64,000 bases of DNA from Eledone cirrhosa (taxonomy: Eukaryota). This document shows, piece by piece, positions 12,511 through 25,969 of the stretch. The notes below the pieces were generated by a model. The model did no database searches, was not told the origin of the DNA, and saw only the letters and a program-made list of their open reading frames with translations. The translations under genes and the position numbers were made by a program. The number at the start of each line of letters is the position of its first letter. The stretch's first letter is position 1. Where the stretch lies: positions 13,750-77,749 of the forward strand of contig CAXHJY010000719.1 of NCBI GenBank assembly GCA_964016885.1, read 5' to 3'.

Positions 12511-12916
12511 TTATAACGTGGATTACGTGTTGCTGGAGATATTAATATAGTTATCGATTCAGAAGGCAATGACGAAAACGACATAATCCATTATAACAAA
12601 AATTCCCTTTTATTTGTTGTACAAATATGGAATCGAAATAACAAGAGAAGGTTGAGCAAGTCTTCACATCGTGTTGGCTGCATATTCCTGTGGAGATGTG
12701 AAAGAATGTGGCATATCAAATGTCGGACGTCTTGATGCTACCAGGTCGTTCAGTGAACTAGTCTCTGCCCTGTCAGCCAAATGTGTCTCTGGTCCAAGTA
12801 GTCCAGCAACTTGTCTTGATCCGCTGAGGGCCTTGATTGGCTCACACTTCAGCCAATTTACCTCTGTGCCACCATTCTTCCGCCAAAGGAAAATACATTT
12901 AATTCTGTTCACTACA
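12511..12916 (-). repeat. 5' LTR
   Basis: TG start at 12916, followed on the minus strand by PBS-like TGGTGACCTG. Confidence 0.9.
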
Positions 12917-12920
12917 GGTC

Positions 12921-13341
12921 AACTGGATTGTGCTGTTTAAATGGAAAGATTAAGTTTAAACTTACCTGAACCATTGGTACAACTAATGAATCAAGATGTT
13001 TTCTTTAAAATATCCAGAAGTACATTAATGAATTCCAAATGACATCATTTTGTGCAAATGTCATCCATGAAGGTGGCTATATACCCACTTTCAAGATTCA
13101 AGGGCAAGTGTACCACAGAACTGGACCGTTTCAGCCACTTTCAGAAGAAGAACCAAAATATTTACAACTGTATCTCATCAGTGATATGAAAACCCAAACA
13201 CAGACAAGGAATAAAGAGACTAATTATGAAATCATATTGCAACTTAAAGATATGTTACATAAAAGTAACAGTTATATTAGAAATTTCAAATATATACTAG
13301 AAAAGGTTTTGAATGAAATTTCATTATTTGGGCAACACTAG
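12921..13341 (+). pseudogene. Helitron Rep/helicase fragment, right part
   Basis: GLCCLNGK...FQMTSF...GGYIPTFKIQGQVYHRTG...PKYLQLY, typical Helitron RepHel N-terminal motifs. Confidence 0.85.
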
Positions 13342-13679
13342 GTACTTCTGCTCGTATATATAAATAGACAAAAGATAACCAATTCTTCTTCATAGTCCCG
13401 ACTGCACAGTTTCGCTCTTCACACTTATAATTTTATACAGCTCTGATTAATTGATTATTTATTTAATTCATTTATTCATCAAGCAAAACTGGTAAAGGAT
13501 GGACATCACACATATCTGTGTTTATACTTATGTATCTCTTTGTATATGTATTATTTATTTTTTATAATTTATCCTAACTCCCGTATGGTTGAGTAAAAAA
13601 TTAGGCTGAAATAGACTGCTTCTTACAACAGAACCATGGTTTGTTACTTACCAACAGTCTATCCTTTACTACCATAAAA

Positions 13680-14455
13680 CCACGGGATAAGTGAAATAGT
13701 GACTGAACAGTGCAAAAGTGTGTTCACACCTCGACTGAGGCACATGCAATAACAAAGCCAGAGGATTTTTTGATGCCACAACACTCCATGAAGAAATGGT
13801 GACCATCAACCACATAGACATAACAGAGGAATATGTGGTATCCGCCATAAACGAAATTAGAACAAACTCGAGGAAAATGACTGCCTGACTAGCACGCAGC
13901 ATGGCTTCCGCCCGGGAAGAAGCTGCCTTACACAGCTGCTACAGTACGACGACTGGGTACTGAAACAACTGCTAGACAGCTCACATGTGGGCGTGATATA
14001 TCTTGACTTTGCGAAGGCCTTTGACAAAGTCGACCACAGAATGATATGTCACAAACTACACAGACTCAGCATAATTGGAAAAGTAGGTGAGTGGCTGCAT
14101 GATTTCTTAAAAGTCAGAGGCCAGACAGTTGCAGCCAATGGGGCCCTCTCAAAGGAAACATAAATAACAAATGGGGTGCCCCATGGCACAGTCTTGGGAC
14201 CACTACTGTTTTTGGTGACTCTCTCAGATATGCCCTCTGTAGTACATATAACATCCCTCACTAGCTATGCTGATGACAAAGGTAGCACAGGCAATCAAAA
14301 AGATCTGGATGCCATATACAAATGAGCTGAAGATATGCAGTTTAATGCTGGAAAATTTCAAGCCCTACAATACCAACCTGCAAACACAAATACAATACAA
14401 CACAGGTACACCGGACCAAGAGGGATTGAAATTCCCGTGTTGAAATCGATACGAT
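13680..14455 (+). mobile_element. CR1/L2-group LINE RT remnant, left part
   Basis: VIYLDFAKAFDKVDH, GVPHGTVLGPLLF, SYADD, with stop codons. Confidence 0.85.
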
Positions 14456-14456
14456 A

Positions 14457-15378
14457 TCATCATCATCATCATCATCATTTTACGTCCGCTTTTCCCTGCT
14501 TGCAAGGGTGGGACGGGTCTTATTCAGCACAGCATCTCTCCACTCGTCACGGTCCTTCGTCATCTCCACCGTGAGCTTCAATGATCTGAGGTCTGTTCTC
14601 ACCACCTCTGCCCATGTTTTTCGTGGTCTACCTCTACCACGTCTTCCTTCAACTGGCATTTCCTGGCACTTCTTCACTCATCGGTCATCCTCCATGCGCA
14701 TCACATGTCCATACCACCTCAGTCTCCTCTCCCGTACACTACATTCTATCCCTCTCAGACACAGTTTCTCTCTCAACACATTTATGCTGGGACGTTCACG
14801 CACATTTACACTGCACATCCAACGGAGCATGCTTGCCTTATTTCTCTCCAGCCGTCGCATATCCTCTGCAGTTGTTGCCCATGTCTCACTACCATGCAGC
14901 ATCGCGCTCCTCACACAGGCATCATACAACCGGCCTTTCGTACGCAGGGAGAAACCCTTCTTCGTCAACAGAGGAAGCAGCTCCCTAAACTTCTTCCAAC
15001 CCGTCCTTATTCTAGATACTATGGCCTCGGAACACCCTCCTCCCATGCTAATCTGATCTCCTAGGTACCGGAAGCTATCCACCACTTCTATAGCGCCCTC
15101 CTGCATTTGAAAAATGTGTCTATCAATGCGACTTCTACTGTCTAATTTCCCTGTACATCTACTGCATACATATTTCTCCCTACCTGTTAGTTTGCCTGCT
15201 ATCCCGCTACATCTCTTGTGTACCCAGGATCTGCATTGTGTGCATTTTATAGAATTTATGCCAGTTCCTTTTCTGCATATCGAACATGGCCATTTCCCTG
15301 ATGGAATCAGGGTTTTGTCCTCTTTTCTACTCATCAACACTTTTGTCTTATCTTTTCTACTCATCAACACTTTTGTCT
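14457..15378 (-). mobile_element. RTE LINE family C, 5'-truncated, nested in the CR1 remnant
   Basis: ORF 14678-15370 with [29 protein letters not shown]. (GAT)n tail at 14457-14478. Confidence 0.9.
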
Positions 15379-15409
15379 TATATATATATTTGATATATAT
15401 ATATATATA

Positions 15410-15966
15410 TATTCCCAGCTGTGGTCACCCCATTGTGTCAAACTAACCACGGAGCTTGAGGCAATCCAGCAAAGCTACACCAAGAGGATTGTGACGATAA
15501 ATGAGATAAGCTACTGGGAGAGGCTAAAAGAACTGAACCTCTACTCCTTCGAATGAAGATGGGAGAGATACGCAGTGATATAAATATGGAAAATCCTGGA
15601 GGGACTAGCACCAAACTTTGGCATTGGGAGCTAGACCAACCCCCGAACAGGATGTTACTGTGTGGTGCCAAAGGCCCCATCTTTCACATTTAGAATAAGG
15701 AGCAGATATTGCAATAGTCTGGGGTTCAAAAGCCCTCAACTCTTCAACAAGCTGCTGAGGGATTTGAAAGATGTGCATGGTGTGGACGTGGATGTTTTCA
15801 AGAAACATCTTGACACCTTGCTTTCCTGGATCCCGGATGAGCCCACAGCAAGGCACAAAGGTAACCTAAGGGCAGCAGCAACGAACTCCCTCCAGGCTGG
15901 AGATAGAATGTGTAGCAACAAGGGTGGTGTCCCAGCATGGCCTCAGCTGGATGGCTGGAACAGGTA
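15410..15966 (+). mobile_element. CR1/L2-group LINE remnant, right part
   Basis: SQLWSP...LSYWERLKELNLYS...PQLFNKL...FKKHLDTLLSWIPDEP. Confidence 0.8.
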
Positions 15967-16055
15967 AAAGAGTATGTATATGTATACATATGTATATATA
16001 TATATATATAGTGAGTGAAGATTCTTGAATATTATTTCATACTTTTACTGATTGC

Positions 16056-16565
16056 AATCATCATCCTCATCATCATCATCACATCATCATTTTTGTATCT
16101 GTTTTTCCAAGCTTGCATGGGTTAGACAGGTCCTTCTCAGCTCAGCATCTCTCCACTTGTCTCATTCCTTTGTCATCTCCTCGGAGTTTCTGCAATTTGA
16201 GGTCAGCTCTCACAACATATATATATATATATCATCATCATCATTTTACGTCCGCTCTTCCCTGCGTGCAAGGGTGGGACGGGTCTTATTCAGCACAGCA
16301 ACTCTCCACTCGTCACGGTCCTTCGTCATCTCCACCGTGAGCTTCAATGATCTGAGGTCTGTTCTCACCACCTCCGCCCATGTTTTTCATGGTCTACCTC
16401 TACCATGTCTTCCTTCAACTGGCACTTATTCACCCATCGGTCATCCTGCATGCGCGTCACATGTCCATACCACCTCAGTCTCCTCTCCCGTACACTACAT
16501 TCTATCCCTCTCAGACACAATTTCTCTCTCAACAGTCTTCCTTCAACTGGCATTTCCTGGCACTT
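16056..16565 (-). mobile_element. Two stacked RTE 3' fragments (family C and a relative)
   Basis: (CAT)n tails at ~16058 and ~16231. 16243-16565 is nearly collinear with 14476-14780. Confidence 0.85.
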
Positions 16566-16782
16566 CTAATTTTTAACCTTCAATCCCTGACTCTTAGGCC
16601 CTTTTCAAATTCTCTTAACCCCCCATAACCCATCCCTTTTACAACTCCGACAACTAATATAAAAGAGCCCCCTTAGAATATAGACCCCAAATATACAAGC
16701 GGAGCTGCTGATGTATACCACAATTTCAAACTGCTAATCTTGAGTGAAACGTTGATGTAAATAATGAACTTACAATCACCTG

Positions 16783-16838
16783 TTATATGCCTTGAAAAGT
16801 CCCACCATATGGTCGGACGAAACGGCTGTCGGCAATAA
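16783..16838 (+). ncRNA. Type I hammerhead ribozyme, U3:A8 core variant
   Basis: TTATaTGCC-TTGAAAA-GTCCcACCAtaTGGTcGGAC-GAAAC-ggct-GTC^GGCAATAA. Confidence 0.78.
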
Positions 16839-16907
16839 ACTTGTTATAATGTCATAATAGTTCCTTTGTTCTTTTTCATTTATATATATATATATATTTA
16901 TATATAT

Positions 16908-17249
16908 GGAGGCACATGCTTAGTGGTTAGAGCATTGGCCTTGCAATCGAAAGGTTGTGAGTTCAATTCTCAGACCGGGTGATGTGTTGTTTCCTTGAGC
17001 AAGGCACTTTATTTCACATTGCTCCAGCTTACTCAGCTGTAGAAATGAGATGATAGGGACTGGAGTCCCTATCATTCCACTGCAAAGTGGTCGTGGAGGT
17101 GCCACGGCAAAAAAGCACCCAGCACTCACTGTAAATGAGGTTGGTGTTAGGAAGGGCATCCAGCTGTAGAAATCAAGCCAGAATCAGTTCCCGTCCCACC
17201 CTTGCAAGCAGGGAAAAGTGGACGTAAAATGAAATGAATGAATGATGAT
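16908..17249 (+). mobile_element. tRNA-derived CORE-like SINE with RTE tail
   Basis: A box (tgcttagtgg) and B box (gagttcaattc), ccttgagcaaggcacttt core, RTE-derived 3' end. Four copies in the window. Confidence 0.9.
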
Positions 17250-17354
17250 ATATATATATATGTATGTATGTATATATATACATATGTATGTATATATATA
17301 TATATATATAGATATATATATATATATATATATATAAATATATACATATATATA

Positions 17355-18236
17355 TATTGTCATACTTTGGGAGGGTCATGTTGCCAATAAGAAACACACG
17401 CACCAGTTGCTTTCACTTCAATTTATTATATATTTATAAATTTACAAATTTATAAATTTCTGGTTGGTTGGTTGGTTCCACAACCAGATAGTTGTTTATA
17501 TATAGTCATAGTTCTTTCGTCACACACTCTGTGACCTCTTCAGTGACTGGGGATTCCTTTCTTTGTTTCTGTGCCTCTCCTTTGTTCTGTCCTACGCCAT
17601 TTTGTTTCTGTGTGTGTGTTGTGTGCTCAGTCTGCGCATGCGCCACATCCGGGTGTCTGTGTTGTTTATGTTCATTCATCTATTTGTTATTTACATGTTA
17701 CTGGTTGGTTGTTTGTTCTATGTGTGTGTGTGTTTTCATTTTGTCCTTAATTGTAAGTTGTGATGTTGCTGTTCCACTCATATTTTCTATTTAATTTTGG
17801 TTGTAATTCTTTTATGTTTATTGCCTCTGTAATTTGTCTAAACATTGCGTCTTTTCTGTGTGTAGATTCTATTTTATTTCTATGTTCTCTAATTTACCCT
17901 TGTGTTCTATCTTAGCATGTTGGTAGAGTACAGATGATTCTTTATTATCTTGAAGGTCTCGCCAGTGTTCATTTATCCGTTCCCCTATACTACGAGCTGT
18001 CTCACCTATGTACACTATATTTTGTCTCTACATTGTCCTTCAGTACATCTTATGCTATACACTACATTTCTAGTTTTACTGTTAATATGGGGGCTTATTT
18101 TACAGGTTACACATTTCTTATCTATACATGAGGGTCTTTGAAAAGGGTATGTCTTGCTAATAAGTGTTTTTACGGAGGTACCTGGTCTTTCTACTATCTT
18201 AATATTGAGTTTATGTTTATTTAGGGCCCTTCTAAA
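17355..18236 (-). mobile_element. Penelope-like family 1, 3' fragment (GIY-YIG C-terminus + terminal repeat)
   Basis: Collinear with 49990-50990. Confidence 0.9.
17504..17548 (-). ncRNA. Minimal hammerhead ribozyme (PLE family 1)
   Basis: AGTCA-CTGAAGA-gGTCACAgagtgTGTGAC-GAAAgaacTA^TGACT. Confidence 0.7.
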
Positions 18237-18265
18237 TGATCAGTGAGAGCAAGGTTGAGTTCCGT

Positions 18266-19348
18266 GGGGGGGGGGGGGGTATTTTGTTAGAGATGCTTAC
18301 TGACTGTAGTAGGTTTTATTTTGTATTTAGGTAAGGCGGGTCTTCTCTATTACTGAGTACCCGCCAAAGGTCTCGGTCCAGTGACATTGTCTTGGAGAGG
18401 TGTAAGTGTGTGAGGTCGGAATTTATCAGCTCGTCCCAGGTTTTTCTGGGTCTGCCTCTCCGTGGCTACCGTCTATCTTTATTGCCCTGCACTTTGTTAT
18501 ACAGCTGTCGTCTTTCATGCGCATCACGTGACCATACCAACGTAGCCTTCACGTATATTACTATTACACATCCAGCGGAGCATGCCAGCTTCGTTCCTCT
18601 CTAGTCTGCGTATATCCTCTGCACACAATGCCCAGGTCTCACTGCCATGCAACATTGCTGTTCGTATGCAGGCATCATACAACCTGCCTTTCATTTTTAG
18701 GGAGAACCCTTTAGCGGCTAATAGTGGTATAAGCTCTCTGAACTTTTTCCCATCCACTCTAGCTACTGTACTTTCAGAGCACCCCTCCCCCACTGCTGAT
18801 TTTGTCACCCAGGTAACGGAAGCTGTCCACTATTTCTATAGAACCCTCTGTGCAATTGAAAGAGCTAGTATTTTGTGGGCACTTGCTGCTACTTATTGCA
18901 CCAGAGCACCGGCCACATGTAAAATCTATGTTCTTAGTTAGCTTACCTGTGATCCCACTACATCTTTTATGCACCCATACTTTGCATTTGGGGACATAAA
19001 ATGGAGTTTCTACCTACGCCTTTCTACACACTGAGCATGGCCATTTCCCGGAAGGGACCGGCGCCTTATTTTCTTTCCTACAAACTAGAACTTTAGTCTT
19101 AGCCAGGTTAATTTTAAGGCCTTTTGATTCTAGGCCGTGCTTCCATGTTTGGCATTTCTTCTCTAGCTCGGCCATTGATTCAGCTATGAGCGTTAGATCA
19201 TCTGCGTATAGGAGTTCCCATGGGCAGCCGGTCTTGAACTCCTCTGTTATGGCCTGAAGGGCAATAATAAATAGTAGGGGACTAAGACAGAGCCCTGATG
19301 GACACCAACTTTTACGCTAAACCCTTCGCTATATTCGTTGTTAATTCT
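18266..19348 (-). mobile_element. RTE LINE family A fragment with internal deletions
   Basis: [17 protein letters not shown], zinc finger, FRYLG. Homologous to 21407-23177. Confidence 0.9.
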
Positions 19349-19505
19349 ATATGTGTATATATATATACATATATAATATGTATATATATATTTATATACA
19401 TATATATATATATATACATATGTATACATATATATATACATATATATATATACATATATACATATGTATACATATATATATACATATATATATATACATA
19501 TATAC

Positions 19506-19550
<45 letters not shown>

Positions 19551-19558
19551 CTATATAC

Positions 19559-19610
<52 letters not shown>

Positions 19611-19644
19611 TATAAGATCAAAAGATGGTTAAAGGAGTTCCATA

Positions 19645-19715
19645 TATTTTATTATGCGCATTTCAAAAACAAACATCATCAAGCAATAATATTTGTGTTT
19701 TCATCAGATAAAACA
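19645..19715 (-). ncRNA. Type I hammerhead ribozyme in a short island between (TA)n arrays
   Basis: TGTTTTAT-CTGATGA-long stem II (AAAcACAAATA...TGTTTGTtTTT)-GAAA-TGCGCA-TA^ATAAAATA. Confidence 0.8.
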
Positions 19716-19767
19716 GGAGAACATGATATGAAGGCTAAAAAACATTGTTGATAGTGCAGTTTTAAAT

Positions 19768-21406
<1,639 letters not shown>

Positions 21407-23177
21407 AGTAATAGCGCAACTAATCAGAGAGAGAATTGACCTAGATGAAATGCAGTTCGGGTTTGTGTCAGGCAAAAGTACCACAGACGCTCTTTTCATA
21501 GTACGACAACTACAAGAGAAGTACCTAGCTAAAGGTAAACCCCTCTACTTAGCTTTTGTCGACTTGGAGAAAGCCTTCGACAGAGTCCCCCGCTCCATTA
21601 TCTGGTGGGCTCTTAGAAAACTAGGCGTTGACGAATGGCTTGTGAGGGCTATACAAGCCATGTATAAAGAAACAGTCAGCAAGGTTAGAATTAACAACGA
21701 ATATAGTGAAGAGTTTAGCGTAAAAGTCGGCGTCCATCAGGGCTCTGTTCTCAGTCCACTACTATTTATTATTGCCCTTCAGGCTATAACAGAGGAGTTC
21801 AAGACAGGCTGCCCATGGGAACTCCTATACGCAGACGACCTGACACTCATAGCGGAATCAATGGCCGAGCTAGAGAAGAAATTCCAAACATGGAAGCACG
21901 GCCTAGAGTCAAAAGGACTTAAAATTAACCTGGCTAAGACCAAAGTACTAGTTTGTAGGAAAGAAAACAAGGCGGCGGTCCCTTCTGGGAAATGGTCGTG
22001 CTCGGTGTGTAGGAAAGGCGTAGGTAGAAACTCCATTTTATGTCCTAAATGCAAAGTATGGGTGCATAAAAGATGTAGTGGGATCACAGGTAGGCTAACT
22101 AAGAACATAGATTTTACATGTGGCCGGTGCTCTGGTGCAATAAGTAGCAGCAAGTGCCCACAAACTACTAGCTCTTTCAATTGCGCAGAGGGTTCTATAG
22201 AAATAGTGGACAGCTTCCGTTACCTGGGCGATAAAATCAGCAGTGGGGGAGGGTGCTCTGAAAGTACTGTAGCTAGAGTCAGAACTGGTTGGAAAAAGTT
22301 CAGAGAGCTTATACCACTATTAGCTGCTAAAGGGTTCTCACTAAAAATGAAAGGCAGGTTGTACGATGCCTGCATACGAACAGCAATGCTGCATGGCAGT
22401 GAGACCTGGGCATTGTGTGCAGAGGATATACGCAGACTAGAGAGGAACGAAGCTTGCATGCTCCGCTGGATGTGTAACAGTAATATACGTGAACGGCAAA
22501 GCATAAACGAACTAAGGAATAAATTAGAGATAAGAGGGATCAGATGTTGTTTACTCGAGAGAAGGCTACGTTGGTATGGACACGTGATGCGCATGAAAGT
22601 CGATAGCTGTATAACAAAGTGCAGGGCAATAAAGATAGACGGTAGTCACGGAATAGGCAGACCTAGAAAAACCTGGGACGAGCTGATAAACTCCGACATC
22701 ACACACTTACACCTCTCCAAGACAATGTCACTGGACCGAGACCTTTGGCGGTACTCAGTAACAGAGAAGACCCGCCTTACCTAAATATATAGTAAAACCT
22801 ACTCCAGCCAGTAGGCATCTCTAACAAAATACACCCCGTCCCACCACCCCCACCCGATCCACACCACCCCGTTCTATGTAAAGTTATGTTGGTGCCGCGC
22901 CATCGAGGCCGAAACAAATGAGATCGTGTAGGTGTCACGACAAAAAAACACACAGTCCACGCTGTAATGTGGCCGTGTAGGCAACACGGTAAAAACCTCC
23001 CAGACCCACACTGTAAATGTGGTTGGTGTTAGGAAGGGCATCCAACTGTAGAAAACCTGCCAGACAGTCCTATGCGAGCAAGACAATCACTCTTGCCTCA
23101 AGTGGGACTACCCCCGTCCAAACCCATGCAAGCGTTGAACACGGACGTTAAACGTTGATGATGATGATGATGATGAT
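21407..23177 (+). mobile_element. RTE LINE family A, 5'-truncated, open RT frame to 22784
   Basis: [32 protein letters not shown], (GAT)n tail. Confidence 0.95.
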
Positions 23178-23184
23178 ATATATG

Positions 23185-23215
<31 letters not shown>

Positions 23216-23282
23216 GTATATATATATATATGTATATATATATATGTATATATATATGTATATATATATATGTATATATATG

Positions 23283-23337
<55 letters not shown>

Positions 23338-23388
23338 GTATATATATATGTATATATATATGTATATATGTATATGTATATATATATG

Positions 23389-23461
<73 letters not shown>

Positions 23462-23470
23462 GTATATATA

Positions 23471-23950
23471 TTTCGTTTCTGAATTTGTTTAGTAAGATTC
23501 TTTATCTGAAATCGTGTGTTGAAACCGATATTGTTATACTTTGGGAGGGTCATGTTGCCAATAAGAAACACACGCACCAGTTGCTTTCACTTCAATTTAT
23601 TATATATTTATAAATTTATAAATTTACAAATCTACAAACTTATAAATTTCTGGTTGTGTGTTGTGTGCACAGAGTACACAACACACACACAGAAACAAAA
23701 TGGCGTAGGACAGAAGAAAGGAAAGGCACAGAAACAAAGAAAGGAATCCCCAGTCACTGAAGAGGTCACAGAGTGTGTGACGAAAGGACTATGACTATAT
23801 ATAAACAACTATCTGGTTGTGGAACCAACCAACCAACCAAGTTTGTAGATTTGTAAATTTATAAATTTATAAATATATAATAAATTGAAGTGAAAGCAAC
23901 TGGTGCGTGTGTTTCTTATTGGCAACATGACCCTCCCAAAGTATAACAAT
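23471..23950. mobile_element. Non-coding palindromic cassette of PLE family 1 terminal repeats
   Basis: 23529-23645 is inverted relative to ~23840-23950, and the + arm carries an HHR. Confidence 0.85.
23752..23796 (+). ncRNA. Minimal hammerhead ribozyme (PLE family 1)
   Basis: AGTCA-CTGAAGA-gGTCACAgagtgTGTGAC-GAAAggacTA^TGACT. Confidence 0.72.
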
Positions 23951-23988
23951 ATATATATATATATATATATATATGTAATATATATATG

Positions 23989-24021
<33 letters not shown>

Positions 24022-24035
24022 GTAATATATATATG

Positions 24036-24148
<113 letters not shown>

Positions 24149-24597
24149 ATATATATATATGTATATATATCTATATATATATATGTACATATATATATAT
24201 GTGTATATATATATATGTATATATATCTATATATATATATGTACATATATATATATGTATATATATATATATGTATATATATCTATATATATATATGTAC
24301 ATATATATATCTATATATATATATATATGTACATATATATATATCTATGTATATATGTATATATATCTATATATATATATATATGTACATATATATATAT
24401 CTATGTATATATGTATATATATCTATATATATATATATATGTACATATATATATATCTATGTATATATGTATATATATATATATGTTCATATATATATGT
24501 ATATATATCTATATATATATATATGTATATATATCTATATATATATATATGTACATATATATATCTATATATATATATATATATATATGTACATATA

Positions 24598-24613
<16 letters not shown>

Positions 24614-24647
<34 letters not shown>

Positions 24648-24966
24648 CATTTTACGTCCGCTTTTCCCTGCTTGCAGGGGTGGGACGAGAACTGATTCTG
24701 GCATGATTTCTACAGCTGGATGCCCTTCCTAACACCAACCTCATTTACAGTGAGTGCTGGGTGCTTTTTTGCCGTGGCACCTCCACGACCACTTTGCAGT
24801 GGAATGACAGGGACCCCAGTCCCTATCATCTCATTTCTACAGCTGAGTAAACTGGAGCAATGTGAAATAAAGTGTCTTGCTCAAGGAAACAACACATCAC
24901 CCAGTCTGAGAATTGAACTCACAACCTTTCGATTGCAAGGCTAATGCTCTAACCACTAAGCCATGT
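24614..24966 (-). mobile_element. CORE-like SINE copy with a poly(A) tail
   Basis: Reverse complement of 16908-17235, T-run at 24614-24647. Confidence 0.9.
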
Positions 24967-24991
24967 ACATATATATATCTATATATATATA

Positions 24992-25592
24992 TGGTGGCTG
25001 CCAACTCGTTTTCGAGTACGGCCACTACTTTATATCCATGTAGGAGAACCCCTACCGATGCGCTAAACAAGTGTGACTTTTAGTCCAGCCAGCGACTTGA
25101 AAACTCTGGTACAAACACTACACCTGTGACAATTATTGACACATAGTGTTGGGCCTTTGGTACCATGTGACGACAAGTGTAGAGAGATCTCCAGATATAA
25201 AGCAATGCCTGTGCCGTGAAGCTTTTATAGTGAGCAAAGGCACTGCACAAAGCCAGTCCCACTCTCTTAACCAAGATGATATTTACCAAAAAGAAGAATA
25301 AGTCAACATCATTGGATACCATCAGGGTTGCAGGTGTTATATCAGAGTTTTCCTTCTCTTAGAATTCTGCCTTCACAAAGGCTAAGGGGTCATCTCTCCC
25401 GGTGATTTTGGATGGCCATTGACTCTTAAGAGCTCCTTTGCCAGGTTTTGTTTTTAGTCCTGCAGGATGTCCAAAGTCACCCTCCTCACCAAGAAACCTT
25501 GGTGGGGTTGCCAGTTTAGTCGCCAACGACCCGACCATGGGACAGGTTGTACTGGGATACATGTTACCAGTAGCACCAACTGGTGACCTGAC
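24992..25592 (-). mobile_element. Non-coding repeat X resembling an RTE 5'UTR
   Basis: Copies at 55841 and 58809. The TAGCCTT..AAGGCA...AGAAGGAAAACTCTGA motif recalls RTE/BovB-type 5' regions (recollection, unverified). Confidence 0.55.
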
Positions 25593-25768
25593 ATACATAT
25601 ATATATATACATATGTACATATATATATATCTATGTATATATGTATATATATCTATATATCTATATATATATATATATATAAGTACGTTATTCCGGGTTG
25701 AATTGGAGGTAACCACAGTAAGTAAGGTACTCAATACATTGCAGAGGATAAAAGTTTTAATATAGATG

Positions 25769-25819
25769 AGATTCTACAGGACTAGAACTGTTTCATTCTT
25801 TAGAAATCATCAGGAATCT
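25769..25819 (-). ncRNA. Type I hammerhead ribozyme (mirror copy)
   Basis: Reverse complement of 25919-25969. Confidence 0.68.
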
Positions 25820-25918
25820 GGGTATCAAAAAATAAATATGGTATTTATAGGTAGAGAAAAATAAATATGGTATTTATAGGTAGAGACCTATAAATACCAT
25901 ATTTATTTTTTGATACCC

Positions 25919-25969
25919 AGATTCCTGATGATTTCTAAAGAATGAAACAGTTCTAGTCCTGTAGAATCT
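25919..25969 (+). ncRNA. Type I hammerhead ribozyme
   Basis: AGATTC-CTGATGA-tTTCtaaaGAAt-GAA-ACAGttctagtcCTGT-A^GAATCT. Stem II is weak with a U.U closing pair. Confidence 0.7.

Larger units (their letters stand above)
7015..12916 (-). mobile_element. Degenerate Ty3/Gypsy LTR retrotransposon with extra inverted LTR, TSD GGTC
   Basis: gag-PR-RT-RH-IN order on the minus strand. 5'LTR 12916-12511, PBS-like TGGTGACC (12509-12502), PPT GGAGGGTAC before the 3'LTR 7766-7443. GGTC at 7011-7014 and 12917-12920. Confidence 0.92.

Noticed and set aside
7047-12912. Three similar ~82-aa ORFs (7047, 7514, 12664)
   Set aside because: They are translations of the three LTR copies, with no recognisable domain or evidence of coding
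16908-16980. tRNA gene
   Set aside because: tRNA-like head of a multi-copy SINE that continues into CORE and LINE tail sequence
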